Part shown: piece by piece, positions 1 to 19,965 of the stretch
Numbering within the stretch: the stretch's first letter is position 1
Layout of the letters: the number at the start of each line of letters is the position of its first letter
Made by a program: the position numbers and the translations under genes
DNA from: Phaeosaccion multiseriatum
Lineage: Eukaryota > Protista > Ochrophyta, other classes
Direction of reading: 5' to 3'
Assembly (NCBI GenBank): GCA_965112735.1
Contig: OZ218950.1
Coordinates: 3,162,001 to 3,226,000, forward strand
DNA length: 64,000 nucleotides
Notes under the pieces: model-generated
Seen by the model: the letters and a program-made list of their open reading frames with translations, nothing else
What the model was told of the DNA's origin: nothing
Databases searched by the model: none

Positions 1-264
1 GAGTGCCATCTATGGTATGATAGGATCCATGGCCAGGCAAGGAAAAGAAAAGGGGTAGGGAAGTGGGTGGCAGTGGGGAAAGGATGGCTGAGGGCGGTTG
101 TCCAAGACGCACGGTTTGCCTGTTTCCTTTCCAGTCTCTTCTCCACGCTCTGCCTGTTTTCTTTCCTTACTCTTCTCCCAGCAGCAGCTGCCTGCCAACA
201 AAACCAACCACACACAAAACCCCAACACAAAAACAAAAAAACACGGCCACCACCGCCACCACAG

Positions 265-1569
265 GTGCCCAACGCGGACTGGATCAGCGCCGACCGCACC
301 GGTTTGACCCTCAACGACGCCACCTCCGCCGCTTTCGCCATGGACATCGACTGGAGCAAGTGCGACGTCACCACCTACTCATGGCAGAAGGTGCTCGGCG
401 GGGAGGGCGCGCACGGCGTCATGATCCTCTCTCCTCGGGCGGTGGAGCGGCTCGAGTCCTTTGTGCCCGAGAACAGGCCCCTGCCCAAGATCTTCCGCAT
501 GGTCAAGAAGGGCAAGGTGCGTGCGTGGGGATAGGTGTCAGGACAGTAGGGTGGGGTGCCTCCACTTTGGTTGTCAGGTGGACCATCGGATGTCTCTTCC
601 TTTTTCACGCCCTCCTCTCCTCTCCTCTCCTCTCCTCCCCAGGTGGACCGGTCCATCTTTGAGGGCAGCACCATCAACACTCCCTCCATGCTGTGTGTGG
701 AGGACTACCTCGATGCCCTAGCCTGGTCCGACTCAGTGGGCGGCCTGCAGGGCCTCATCAAGCGCAGCAACGCAAACTTTGGGGTGCTCGAGGACTTTGT
801 CGAGACCAATGATTTCGTTGACTTCTTGGCCAAGGACCCCGCCACCAGGTGCGTGCATCCCAGTCACAGATAGGGGAGAGGAAAGAGAGGAAGAGGGTAT
901 ATGTGGAGGGGTACGGGCATGCATGCATAGATAGGCAACCCCCCAGAAAAGCACTTCGTTTCCCCAAAGTTTTTTTATGGCTTTCTTTTGTCTCGCAGAA
1001 GTGCAAGTTATGCAGTAGAACTACGGAAATGTCGACCTGCACACCCCACCTGGCTCCGCACACCTTTGCAGCTGCTTACACCTTGTCTTACACGGTTTCA
1101 CCACGATGCTCACCCTCCCTCTGTCCCTCCCTTCCCTTGGCTCGACAGGTCCAACACGAGCGTGTGCCTGGAGGTGAAGGACATCAACCCCGAGGGCGTC
1201 AAGAAGATGGTGGGACTGCTCGAGAAGGAGGGCGTGGCCTATGACGTGGGCAGCTACAGAGACGCCCCACCGGGACTCCGCATTTGGTGAGTTAGAGAGC
1301 GAGCGATGTCGAGCCTCAAGTGAGACAGAGGAAGGGAGGCAGTATTTGACACCCAAGTCGTTGTGCTGTCATACGATTCTTGCCTTCCATTTCTTCTCCT
1401 CCCCCCATATCCCGCCACTGCCACCGCTTGTTGACTCGCCCTCTCTTGCCGTTTGACGGTCTTCCCTTCCATCTGCTGCTGCAGGTGCGGAGCCACGGTG
1501 GACAAGGAGGACGTGGAGGCTTTGGTACCTTGGTTGGAGTGGGCATACACAGAGGCCAAGTCTCAATAG
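265..1569 (+). CDS. serC: Phosphoserine aminotransferase, 3' part (5' exons lie upstream of the window). Exons 265-516, 643-848, 1149-1286, 1485-1569
   Basis: The spliced translation has class V PLP aminotransferase motifs of the Methanosarcina/alphaproteobacterial SerC type: [21 protein letters not shown] (PLP lysine), [32 protein letters not shown]. All introns are GT-AG and phase-consistent. TAG at 1567-1569. Confidence 0.93.
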
Positions 1570-2452
1570 TCATACGGTGTGCGTCACTCGGCTCGACTCC
1601 AAGACAAAAGGCCGACAGGACACCCCTGTCGTCTTACACATGTGATTTACAGCCCTTCCGCAAGTAAAGGAGGAAACCAATTTTGATAAGAATGGGACGA
1701 GTGGGAAAATGAAAACACGGGCCAGAACGTTTCTCTCGCTTTAACTTTGTCCTATGCGCTGCTGCTGCTTCTTGTGGTGGATCGGCTCTACTGCCCCAAA
1801 GTCCTGCTCTCATCAGCAATCCACGTTAGCAAGGTCTTCGGGCGGAGAGGATGCGGAGGAGCTACTCCCTCGTTCACCACGTCAGACCCCTGACATCGTC
1901 TTGATGTTGGCCGCCCTCTTGTGTCGCCCCCGCTTCTCCTACTAGTAGACCTTGTCCTACGCTTCTTCCGGCGGTTCTTGCGAAGGTCCCACCGTGGCAA
2001 ATCCCCTCCCCCGCCAGCTCCATACTTGTGCTTGTTTATTGCTTGCTGGACATATCCTTCGACTTCTCAGTGTCCAGCAGGGTTCCCTCGCCTTGATTCT
2101 GCGTAGTGCTCACAACCAGATAAACAGACTCAAATAGGACATTTAACATCCAATCATCTGCCGCAAGCTATCTTCTACCATGGACTCGAGGCAAGGTTAC
2201 ACTATCGAGTGTCGCCCTCCCCTCTTCGGTTCCATCGCTTGCCCTCTGTTTGTCATTCGCCTCGTCCACTGGCGTCTCACGAGCCTCAAGCTCCCCATTG
2301 CTGCACGTTGTCAATTGACCGTAGCAGCATCGTAGTGCCCCAGTCTTTGCTAGTCTCACACGACTGCCGACTGACACATACGCACACTATATCTACCCAC
2401 CTCTCCTTCGCATAATCTACATTCAGCAACACACACCTTCTATGAGCCTTTC

Positions 2453-3587
2453 TTTCTATCTAAACCTGAAAGGACGAGATGTAATCCCGAGCCAACTCAA
2501 GTCTAGGCTTCCACGCTCTCCTTCTCCTCCTCGACTCCGCTGTCGTTGTGGGTGTCGTCGGAGGGGTTGCTGATGTTGTCGCTCGATGCGCGGTGGATTT
2601 CCCCGTCGGAGTAGGTGTACGAATACGCGCTGGGTGTCGAGTTCGTGGAGTTCGTCGGCGAGTCCGGGCGGTTGAGGCACGGGCGGGTGATGCCGTTGGC
2701 GATGTCGTTGTCGGTATCGTAGGTGTCGGTGTACGTACGACTCGCGGGTGGCGAAGGGGGTGTTGGTGCTCGATAGCGCGGGTGTCGGCGAACGGGCTGT
2801 GTCAAGTTCCAGTTGTCGGCGTCCGGTTCTTCGATATCACTGGCGTCTTCAAGGCGACGCTTGTTGTCAGACTCGATGTTGGTGTTCCGAGTCGTGTGGG
2901 AGTAGCGACGGCTGTCCGTCTCGAGGATTGAGCGGCAATGTAGTCCACGCACTCGAGAAAGCCAGTGTAGTAGCACTTGTCCTGCTCGCTGGGCCTTGCT
3001 GTTTGCTGCAATGCAGGCGGTGCCGGCGCGTTCCGCCTCGGTAATGGCGGAGTCGAGGACGGAACCGCCTGCATCGCAGCCAATAACAAGGCTCAGCGAG
3101 CAGGACAGGTGTTACTACATTGGCTTTCCCGAGTGCGTGGACTACATTGCCGCTCAATCCTCGAGACGGACAGCCGTCGCTACTCCCACACGACTCGGAA
3201 CACCAACATCGAGTCTGACAACAAGCGTCGCCTTGAAGACGCCAGTGATATCGAAGAACCGGACGCCGACAACTGGAACTTGACACAGCCCGTTCGCCGA
3301 CACCCGCGCTATCGAGCACCAACACCCCCTTCGCCACCCGCGAGTCGTACGTACACCGACAACGACATCGACAACGATATCACCTATCCGTGCATCAACC
3401 GCCCGGATTCGCCAAACTCCACACCCAGTGCATCTTCTTATACGTACTCGGACGGGGAACTCAACCGCGCACCGAGCGACAACGACAGCGACAACGACAG
3501 CGGAGTCGAGGAGGAGAAGGAGAGCGTGGAAGCCTAGACTTTAGTTGGCTCGGGATTAAATCTCGTCCTTTCAGGTTTAGATCGAAA
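2453..3587. repeat. Long inverted repeat (foldback): arms ~2453-3037 and ~3046-3587, loop of about 8 nt
   Basis: ORFs 2503..2976(-) and 2977..3537(+) encode near-identical peptides. 2724-2955 is the exact reverse complement of 3130-3361. The outer ends match (atctaaacctgaaagg / cctttcaggtttagat). The centre reads tccgcc-tcggtaat-ggcgga. Confidence 0.95.
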
Positions 3588-3689
3588 CTGTACCCTTGAG
3601 AGTAGAGGCAACTGCCCTAAAACCCTCAATACAGCTTCGTTTATCCACTCTCACAAGACCCCGTGTTCATTTGCTTCTATCACACTTCT

Positions 3690-5450
3690 CGTGTACGAAG
3701 TTTTCAGGGATAACACAGAAGGAAGGATAATGCCCGTTACGGAAATAGCGGAGAAATTATGGCCACCAAGGGGAACGAGAAAAGCATCTTCCCCACATCA
3801 GCCGTCCCCGTCTCTCGAAGACTTTGACGACTGGGCACGTAGCTTTACTGCCCACTGCGGACTCTGCAATGACCTCGACGACATCATCGCAGGCGTTGAG
3901 AAGCCACCACGATTCGTGCGGGCCATTTCGACCTCCCCTAAAACGATGAGGACACTCCCATGGAGCAGATTCCTCACGCCGAACTGAGCGAGGCGCAGCT
4001 TGACAAAATAGCTGCCTTCCACAAGCCAAACAAGACACTCTTTCACCGGCTGTACCTCAGCTGTGAAAACCACTCCACTGCTATAAGAAGCTGGTACTTG
4101 CCCACGGAAATGATGGCACCAGCAGCATTCGCAACGACGGCCTATACGCGCCTGGACAGCTTTGAAGGATAAATACGAGACCTCCCATGGGCCACGCATC
4201 GCACTCCTCTACGGGAGACTGCAGAACTGCCGCATGGACACCCAAGACGCTGACATGGACGCCTACTACATCCACGACCTAGAAAGGCTTAGGGACATGC
4301 CGCAACTACAAGGTGTGAGAGAGCGTAAGCGACGCTCACCTTTGCACACAGCTACTGACCGGAGTACACTCGTACTACGGTACCACGCTGCGCTTCATTC
4401 GAGCCCAGCATTGCGACTACGAAGCCGCCAAGAAGATTCTATCGGAGGCGCAACAGCAACGCCTGATCGAGCAGGCCACCAAGCGCCACAGCGCCAAACC
4501 AGACAGGAAACAAGAAGGCCGACAGGGACGCGGAGGACAAAGCACCTCACACCCTGGCCAGCAGAACAGACACCACGGCAACTCCGCCCACAGCGCGATT
4601 GCCCCCGTACACGGCCGCGGAGGAGGCGGCCGAGGCTCCGGACACAACAACAATGCCCGCCGGAACAACAACAACAGCGGTCGAGGACCATCCCGGAACA
4701 CCAACGGAGGCAACAACCGCACCAACGACACCCGACCGCGATGCTACAACTACTACAGGCGCGGGCACACAGCACAGGAGTGCCGCAGCAACCCCTACTG
4801 TGTGATATGCAAGACGGAGGGACATCGCACCCAAGATTGTACACACGACGCCCGCGGCTCCTCAAATGGAGCACGCGCACAAAGCATGATGTCCAACACT
4901 CCACCACCTACGGAGCACGTGTACGACTCCGACGACGAGACTGTCCTACTGGACACACGCCCCCCTCCTCGACGAGGGGGCGGGCGCCCCAACGCATCCA
5001 TGGCTGTCAGCATGATGGCAGCAGACGAGCACACCTCCGGACTTCGCTTCCTCGTGGACTCCGGCAGCAATCAGCACATCACCAACGTCTACACTGATCT
5101 GCTCAACGCCCGCCCCACCCACTCCGAGATCAAAGTCGGTGGCGGCACAGTGAATGCAACAGCCACCGGCGACGCCCACTTCATGCTCACCGCTTCTACC
5201 GGTGAATCGGTCTACATCACTCTTCGCGACGTCCTTTACGTCCCTCGAATGGGTGCACGCCTAATCTCGGTCCAGCGCAGCATCGATAATGGCATCAGCT
5301 GCACCATGACAAATACCCTCCTTTTTTTTTTTTTTTTACTATGGAGTACAACTTCCCTTGGAGCGCACTAACCGTCTCTTCGTTCTACACGCCCGACCGG
5401 CCGACATCTACACTACCTATATGGCCACGGTGCCTCCCTCCGAGGGGGCG
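3690..5450 (+). mobile_element. Degenerate, truncated Ty1/copia LTR-retrotransposon remnant (gag, zinc knuckles, aspartic protease; no integrase or RT)
   Basis: Gag-like pieces (FDDWARSFTAH; KDKYET...LLYGRLQN...MDAYYIHDLERL) are split across frames. Two CCHC knuckles at ~4742-4840: CYNYYRRGHTAQEC (degenerate) and CVICKTEGHRTQDC. Protease motif FLVDSGSNQHIT is followed by copia-type IKVGGG...ATGD...LRDVLYVP...LISV. Frameshifts are present, plus a T16 run at 5322-5337. Confidence 0.88.
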
Positions 5451-5549
5451 AAGTGCGCTATAGTACTAGCGCCCAAAGCAACAGAGCAAAGTTTGCTGTA
5501 TCACCAACACCAGCACAAAGATTCACATCATTCGCGGGGTGGCCGCGAA

Positions 5550-8036
5550 ATGTCCGAGAAAGCTGCTTCGAGGGCGCGCGAAAGCGTATGTGGCGCACTT
5601 GGGGTTGGTATGCTCGTCGGAGCCGGGCTTGGCGTCTCGGCCATGGGCATCTTGATGGCAAGGCAGAAGCGAAAGCTTCTGCAGCTGAGAGACATGGAGG
5701 TGAGGCTAATTCCTCAATTCTTCTACCCAGAGCTACGCTGCGTCATTACTTATGTTGCTTTCTACGCCCCCCTATCTTCCTTGCTGTTCTTGCATGCCCC
5801 ACAGCGGCGTGGTCGCACATCAGCGGCGAAGGTGATGCGAGAGAGACTCAAAGACAGCTGCAAATTATCCTCCTCTGATCTGCATCTCCTCACCTCTCGG
5901 TCGTAGCTGTACTTGATGCGGTGCTGCAGTCCACCTCAACACGTAGCCCACAGTGTACCCCAGTTTGCCCAGCTATTCGCCCATACCAATGTCAAATGTG
6001 CCCATCCTCCACAGGAGCTTAGGACGGTGACGGCATCAAAGATCAATGTGGACGGCGCCCTGTTCTACCGTCCGATAGGCACGATTAGATCCTGCTTCAC
6101 CGAGTGTGTGGGCACTCCAAGGCAGGGACACTTGGGTGCGTGGCTGCTTTGATTGGATGGGGATGTGTTGTCGAATTGCGCAAGAAGGAATTGACGGCGC
6201 AATGTACATGTGTATGTATGTGTGTATGCATGTATTAATGTAAGCAGCCCCAGCAACACGCGCCGAGATATGTCTAAATCGCCAGACAATCTTGCCCGAG
6301 GCGCTGGACACCCTAGACCAGTTCAGTCACGTGTGGGTGTTCTTCGCCTTCCATCTCAACACGACGAGCAGGAACAACTCCAGGGCGCACTCGGTGAGAC
6401 CTGGGGACAAGATCATCGCCTTCTCGCCCATGGTCACTCCCCCCTTCCTCAAGCGCAAGGTCGGTCAAAGCATCCCTGTAGTGCATCTTCTTTTTCGAGT
6501 CGCGTCGCCCCTCCCCCAAACCTGGCCCCGACCCTGACCCCGACCCTGACCCTGACCGTGATACTGACCCTGAACTTGACCCTAACCCTGACTCTGACTC
6601 TGACCCTAACCCTTACCCTTACCCTGACCCTGACCCTGACCCTGACCCTGACCTTGACCCTAACCCTGACCCTGACCCTGACCCTGACCCTGACCCCGAC
6701 CCTAGCCCTGACTCTGACTCTGACCCTAACACTTACCCTGACCCCTGACCCTGACCCTGACCCTGACCGTGGCCCTGACCCCTGACCCTGACCCTGACCC
6801 TGACCGTGGCCCTGACCCTGACCCTGAACCCCGACCCTGGCCCTGACCCCGACCATAACGCCGGCCCTGGGCGTTTGTCGCGCTGCCGCCTATCCATACT
6901 GAAGGTGGGTGTGCTGGCCACACGCACCCCCCATAGGCCCAACAACCTCGGGATGTCTCTTTGCCGCCTCGAGACCGTCAAAGCGCGGGATCGAATCCTT
7001 GTGTTGGCGGGCGTGGACCTCGTTGACGGGACGCCTGTGCTGGACATCAAGCCTTACGTGAGTACATATAAGCATACGCAAGTACTCGTTGGTGCCCCCA
7101 GGCGGATGGTGATGGTGATGCCGACGAGGGTTTAGCGGTGGTGATGTGTGATGCGCTGCTGAAACTCTCCTTTGTCTTTTGAAGTAGGTGCTGGATGGTT
7201 GCTTGGTCGTTCATCACAACCTGTGATTTTGTACCAAAATTAATTATATCAAGTGCCCCCACCTCGTCGTTCCTATCTGCCTTGCTTGCGTGTCTGTCTG
7301 TCTGTCTGTCTGTCTCTGCCCATGCATACTTTCCTCCCTTCCTCCCTCCAGGTGCCTCACTATGATTGTGTGCCGGATGTTTCCGTCGCGGCGTGGATTA
7401 ACGAAGGAGCAAGGCACCGCCGCCAGATCAGCTGGAGCGACGCGGCAAGGCGACAGTTACACGATCTGCTGCCCACCATGAAGAGTGCGTGACTGTCAGT
7501 CGAAGTAAAGTACGCTTTTTGCCCTCCCAGCAAACTCGCGTTCTCAGGCATGCACGCACACACGCGAACACGAACGAGCACGGCCCTCATCCTCACTCTC
7601 TCACCAATCCTAGTCGGGGGATTCCTGCAAGTCCTGCACCCGTTGGTCCTCCGTTAAGCTGTAGCTAGCTCTATCTGACGTTCAAGCGTAATTCTCTCTG
7701 CCTTGTCTCTCTCTTCTCCTATCTCCTTCCCTCCATCTCTGTGGTATGGGGCGAACAGGCGGCATGATGAAGGGAGACGAAGCCAGGACAACCGCCGCCA
7801 TCACGCAGAGCCTCGAGGTGGACGTGAGGAGCAGCCACAAGACCAGAAAGACCGCGGAGGGCGACCGCGACCTCAGCACACTCAAGTTTGACGGGCTGTT
7901 GGTGCGCTTCGAGAGCCAGGAGGGGGACTTTGACCGAGCCACCGTTACGGGGGTGGAGCGGATACATGAGCAGGATGCAGTACGGCCACCAACAGCAGCT
8001 GGGGATATAGCTGGAGTAGGGCACGGCTGCGAGTGA
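5550..8036 (+). CDS. TRMO: tRNA (adenine37-N6)-methyltransferase, TrmO/TsaA (YaeB) family. Exons 5550-5699, 5805-5831, 6015-6135, 6248-6459, 6905-7057, 7352-7484, 7759-8036
   Basis: Motifs PIGTIRSCF...GTPRQGHL, LDQFSHVWVFFAFHLN, GVLATRTPHRPNNLGMSL, GVDLVDGTPVLDIKPYVPHYD. An N-terminal hydrophobic helix is followed by ERRGRTSAAKELR, which is built using a 27-nt microexon. Confidence 0.92.
6525..6855 (+). repeat. (CCCTGA)n array with CCCTAA/CCTTGA variants (telomere-like hexamer) inside TrmO intron 4
   Basis: About 50 hexamer units are directly visible between the donor at 6460 and the acceptor at 6904. Confidence 0.95.
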
Positions 8037-8244
8037 AACGAGAACGAGCCCAGCAGTGGCAGTAGAAGCAGCAGCAGCAGCAGCAACAACAACAACACTA
8101 GCAGCGGCTACGGCAGGCAGCAGTAGGACAGGTACGGAACCACCTTCCAAGAGCTGTGCATGTAAAAAAATGTCCGTGAGTATGTACATAACATACATAG
8201 CAAGCGAAGAGACTTTCTCTTCTCAGGTTGGGATAAGGGGCGAT

Positions 8245-9278
8245 TCACCGTCTTGTTGCGAGGCTCTTGAGGTAGTAACCGCTCTCCGCACTCCGCTGCA
8301 CGCAACAAGAACATTTGGGGTATGTTTGGGAACACGGGTGGGGCTGAGTGCGTCCATATGTGCGTCTCACAACGAAAGGAGGCCACAGAAAGGCAAGCAA
8401 GACCAGTCACAACAAAGGCATCCAGACGGCAGCAGAGCCAGAGCGGCGAGTGGTTATCCACTTTGGTTGGGGAAGGCAGGCAGACTGATGGTGGATATTG
8501 GAGATGAAGACACAACATGGGGAACGGGGCAAGGACAAACAATACGCGACTCAGTGAACCTCTCCGTCCTCACCTGCCTCCCCGCCAAGGCGCTCTTGAC
8601 TCTCTCGGCAAGCGCATCTGCCTGCATGTCCAGCCCGTCTCTCTCCTCGATCAGTATGGGCGTCGGCAGAGTTCCTCCCTTGCCCTCTTGCTGCTGCTCT
8701 GCTTCTGCTACTGCTGAAGCTGCTGCTACGTCGTCCTGAAACATGAAAATGGCTGGTACGCCATGCTGAATGACGTCCAGCTTCACCGCAAGGTCCAGTC
8801 CTAAGCCGGTTGGTGGTACAGGGTACGTGGCAGGAGCAGACAAAGAAAAGGGAGAGAGGGTTCGGGGATTGGGGTCTGCGCGGTGTTCGAGGGGCAAGAA
8901 GGTGGGACAGTGACAGAGACGGAGAGACAGAGACAGAGACAGGCAGGCAGACAGACACACACAGAGAGAGAGAGAGGAGAGAGTCCAACGCCATGAAGCA
9001 TATGCCCTTGTGTCCCTCCGCGCACCTTCTTCGTTGTCAACGTTTATTCTATCAAGCTGTACAAGGTCCTTCACTTGGTCCGCCAGTTGCTGCCACGTGG
9101 CTTCGAACTTTTGACAGGCCCCACACAAGGCACTGTAAAACTCCACCAGGTGCACGCAGTCGTCGTCCAGCACTACCTGCTGGAAGTCAGCGGGGTTGAG
9201 GCTGCCGTGGCCGTCTTCTTGCTCTTGCCCCTTCCCCTCCTGCTCCACCTTCTGCTGCTCCTTCTCCTGCTGCTGCTC

Positions 9279-9314
<36 letters not shown>

Positions 9315-9581
9315 CTCCTCATCGTGCTGCTTCTGACGCTTCTCTATGGCTGCCTGGGCTTCTTCTTCAGCTAATTTTAACCCCCCTTCCCCCCCAAGTT
9401 GTGGTGCCGTTGGTGTCGAGTGCAATTCTTCCTTTGGTCCCTGTCTTCCACTTTCTTGCTGTTGGGGTGGGTTTGAGACTGCCACCCCCTGCCAAACACT
9501 CACCAGGTAGAAACAGAACAAGACACCAACCCCGCAATAGAGCGGTCTGAGGAGGCGTTTCCGTAGGGGCAGCGGCGTCAT
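8245..9581 (-). CDS. Thioredoxin/PDI-fold protein with N-terminal signal anchor. Exons 9581-9026, 8800-8574, probable last exon 8295-8245
   Basis: DFQQVVLDDDCVHLVEFYSALCGACQKFEATWQQLA...RINVD...GVPAIFMF is a thioredoxin fold with a CGAC site and cis-Pro loop. Hydrophobic segment LYCGVGVLFCFYLVSVW, then a Q/E-rich linker. The last exon is less certain. Confidence 0.8.
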
Positions 9582-9989
9582 CGCTCCGTTCTCTGGGTGG
9601 GCGTTGATCAGAATAAGAAGGAGAAGAAGACAGCGCGATTGCAGCAGCGGCATACAAAGAGGGTCAAGGTCGGGTGTGGCGAGGTGATGAAGGGAGAGGG
9701 CTGCCGTGGGATATCGACGTACGCTACCTTTCCTATCGAAGTGGGGAAGAGCGCCACCACCCCCAGAGAGGCTGCTGCTGCTGCTGCTTCTCGGTGCCCC
9801 AGCCGCTGACGGTCTGAGGTATATCCCGTTCGGATAGTTCATTGAGCTTGCATCAATAGCCCTCCGTCCCAGCCCTTACATAGCGCGGGGGAAGCCAGTC
9901 TTGTGTGGGAGGCGGCGGTGGGAAAGAAATGAGAAAAATGGAGAACCAACACGTGCACATCTTCACTATCACCACACCGCTCCAACACA

Positions 9990-10140
9990 CACCGCACACA
10001 CACACACATATACACACATACACACACATACACACATACACACATACACACACGCACACACACACACACACACACACATACACACATACACACATACACA
10101 CACGCACACACACACATGATATCCACACATGCACACACAC
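9990..10140. repeat. (CA)n/(TACA)-type microsatellite, intergenic
   Basis: Directly visible. Confidence 0.9.
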
Positions 10141-10283
10141 ATGATTACGTAATTCTTAGGTTCGTTCCCTTATCGTAGTAGAGATGTAGAGATGGACAAA
10201 TCCATCTCTAAGCGTGCCTGTACATTTCTTACAATCTCAAGCGTGCAAGCACACACACACGTACGTCAAAACTGCACGGCATG

Positions 10284-18037
<7,754 letters not shown>

Positions 18038-18700
18038 TCAGGCGGGGGAGGGTCCGGACGTGGCTTAGCACAAGTATTGGGCCAACCCAATTGTCACCGC
18101 ACCTGCATCTGCATCGCTGGCGAGCACCTCATTCAAGAGCTTGTGCGAGAGCAAGGAGTGGCCGCCTTCAAGACGAATCATGGCAGCTCCTTGCCTCACG
18201 TATGAGGGGATAGGGCATTCCCCCTTGCATGTGGTGGTGCTTCAAAATCTGACGGTTTCAAATTGCATACTATCGGCCCGAGCAAACTGGAACTGGATAT
18301 CGGCCCGAAGTCGGTTCGTCCACAATTGTAAGCACCCGTAGGGCTTTCACAAACACAAGCACAGACGCATAAGCAACTCTACACATAGACCCACAGGAGC
18401 TGCGGTCCCAAGCCAAGCAGGATACAAGACCAGTGAGAAAGGGTGGGTAAGGAAAGAAGGAGAGATAAAGAGAACAAGAAAGAGTGAGAAAGGGTGGGTA
18501 AGGAAAGAAGGAGAGATAAAGAGAGAAAGAAAGGGTCAAGGGGTCACAGTCTCTCAGTCTCTGTCTTTCATGCATGGAAGCAAAAGAAGTACTCTTCTCA
18601 AACTCACTTTGCTTGCCGCACCCGTCTCCTTCTTTCTCTCTCTCTCTTTTGTGTGCAAAGGCTTCATCATCTCCAAGTCACGATTTACGGGTCCACAAGA

Positions 18701-19965
18701 ATGAGCTCTCCCGTGCTAGCAGCAGAACATTCAGAGCCCTTGCCAGACGTCGATGGACATCAAGATGCAACCCCATCCCCTACGTCCCGCAGAGAGAAGA
18801 TCATCAAGCTCTCTCTCCTCGCCATTTTGGTTGGAGTGATCCTCTATGTCATTCTGGACTACACTCTTCCAGGTTTGGGGCACATCGCGGGCATACTGAA
18901 GGATTTTTTGCTTTGGGTAGAGAACAACCCCGGCCAAGGCGTGGCGGCTTTCGCAGGCGTTTATGTCATCACTACAGTCCTATTCATCCCCGGGTCTCTT
19001 CTTACCCTCGGAGCCGGCCTTGTGTTCGGCCGGGCCCTGGGCTTGGGTCTCGGAGTGCTCCTGGGCAGCGTTTCAGTCACCATCGGAGCTTTCATCGGCC
19101 TCGTGATTTCCTTCATACTCGGGAGATATGTGCTGCAGGAGCAAGCTCAGAGCTGGTTCGACAAATTCAAGGTACGCAGATGGAAGGAAGGGACAAGACA
19201 AGCTGCTGCTCTCTCTCTGTCTGTCTGTCTGTCTGTCTGTCTCTGTCTCTAATCAACCAACCGTTCCCACCTATCCTGTGCTGCTCACTTACTCGTACGT
19301 ACCCCTTTCAGATCATGCGCGCCGTGGACAAAGCAATTGAAAAGGAGGGCTTCAAGCTGGTGGCCCTTCTCCGTCTCAGCCCTGTCATTCCTTTCTCCGC
19401 CTTCAACTACGTCATGGGTGAGTGAGTGCCGCACAAGGGCTACAACATAAGCACGAAACCGCCCACCCAACCACACCCACACCCACACACATGTCCCGCG
19501 CATACCCTCACTCACTCTCCCCACCCCACTCCCGCTCACTCAGGCCTCACGAAAGTCTCCTTCAGAGACTATTGCGTCGGAAGCTTGGGCATCATCCCTG
19601 GCACAGTGGCTTATGTCTTTATCGGCTCGAGCACGTCCGGTCTCCTGGGGGATGATGACGATGATGAGGAGGATGACAGCGGCAGCGGGGGGGGGCTGGC
19701 TCAGCTGCTCGTGTTTGTGATTGGAGGTATCGCAACGGTGATTGCCATCGTTATGATCTCCATCTACGCGAGACGAGCGCTAAAGAAGGTGCTGGATGAG
19801 ACGGATGAGGAGGAGCAGGCAGAAGGAGCAGAGGGCAGGAGGGCCGGGGGGGCGTTGCAGAGCAAGGCCAAGGTGGCGGAGGAAGACATGGACTTGGAAG
19901 AGGGTGAAGGAGGAGGGGAGGTGCAGGCTCCGCAACATCAAAATTCCCATTCTTCGCTACAATAG
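18701..19965 (+). CDS. VTT-domain / SNARE-associated (TVP38/TMEM64, DedA superfamily) membrane protein. Exons 18701-19171, 19312-19417, 19544-19965
   Basis: TVLFIPGSLLTLGAGLVFG, GAFIG...[51 protein letters not shown]...GIIPGTVAYVFIGS are hallmark VTT motifs. Several TM helices. Confidence 0.93.

Noticed and set aside
1700-2452. Possible 5' LTR and primer-binding site of the copia element
   Set aside because: No second LTR copy or target-site duplication is present in the window, and the PBS resemblance (ttctatgagcc) is weak.
6525-6855. True chromosome end
   Set aside because: It is flanked on both sides by in-phase exons of the same gene, so it is interstitial.
6210-6856. Long ORFs of LTLTLT / VRVRVR, and similar THSL, SVCL, QTDR, YIHT, PSFL ORFs elsewhere
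   Set aside because: These are stop-free translations of intronic microsatellites, not proteins.
18432-18525. Direct duplication of ~41 bp with a 51-bp period upstream of the VTT gene
   Set aside because: A simple local purine-rich duplication with no evidence of function.
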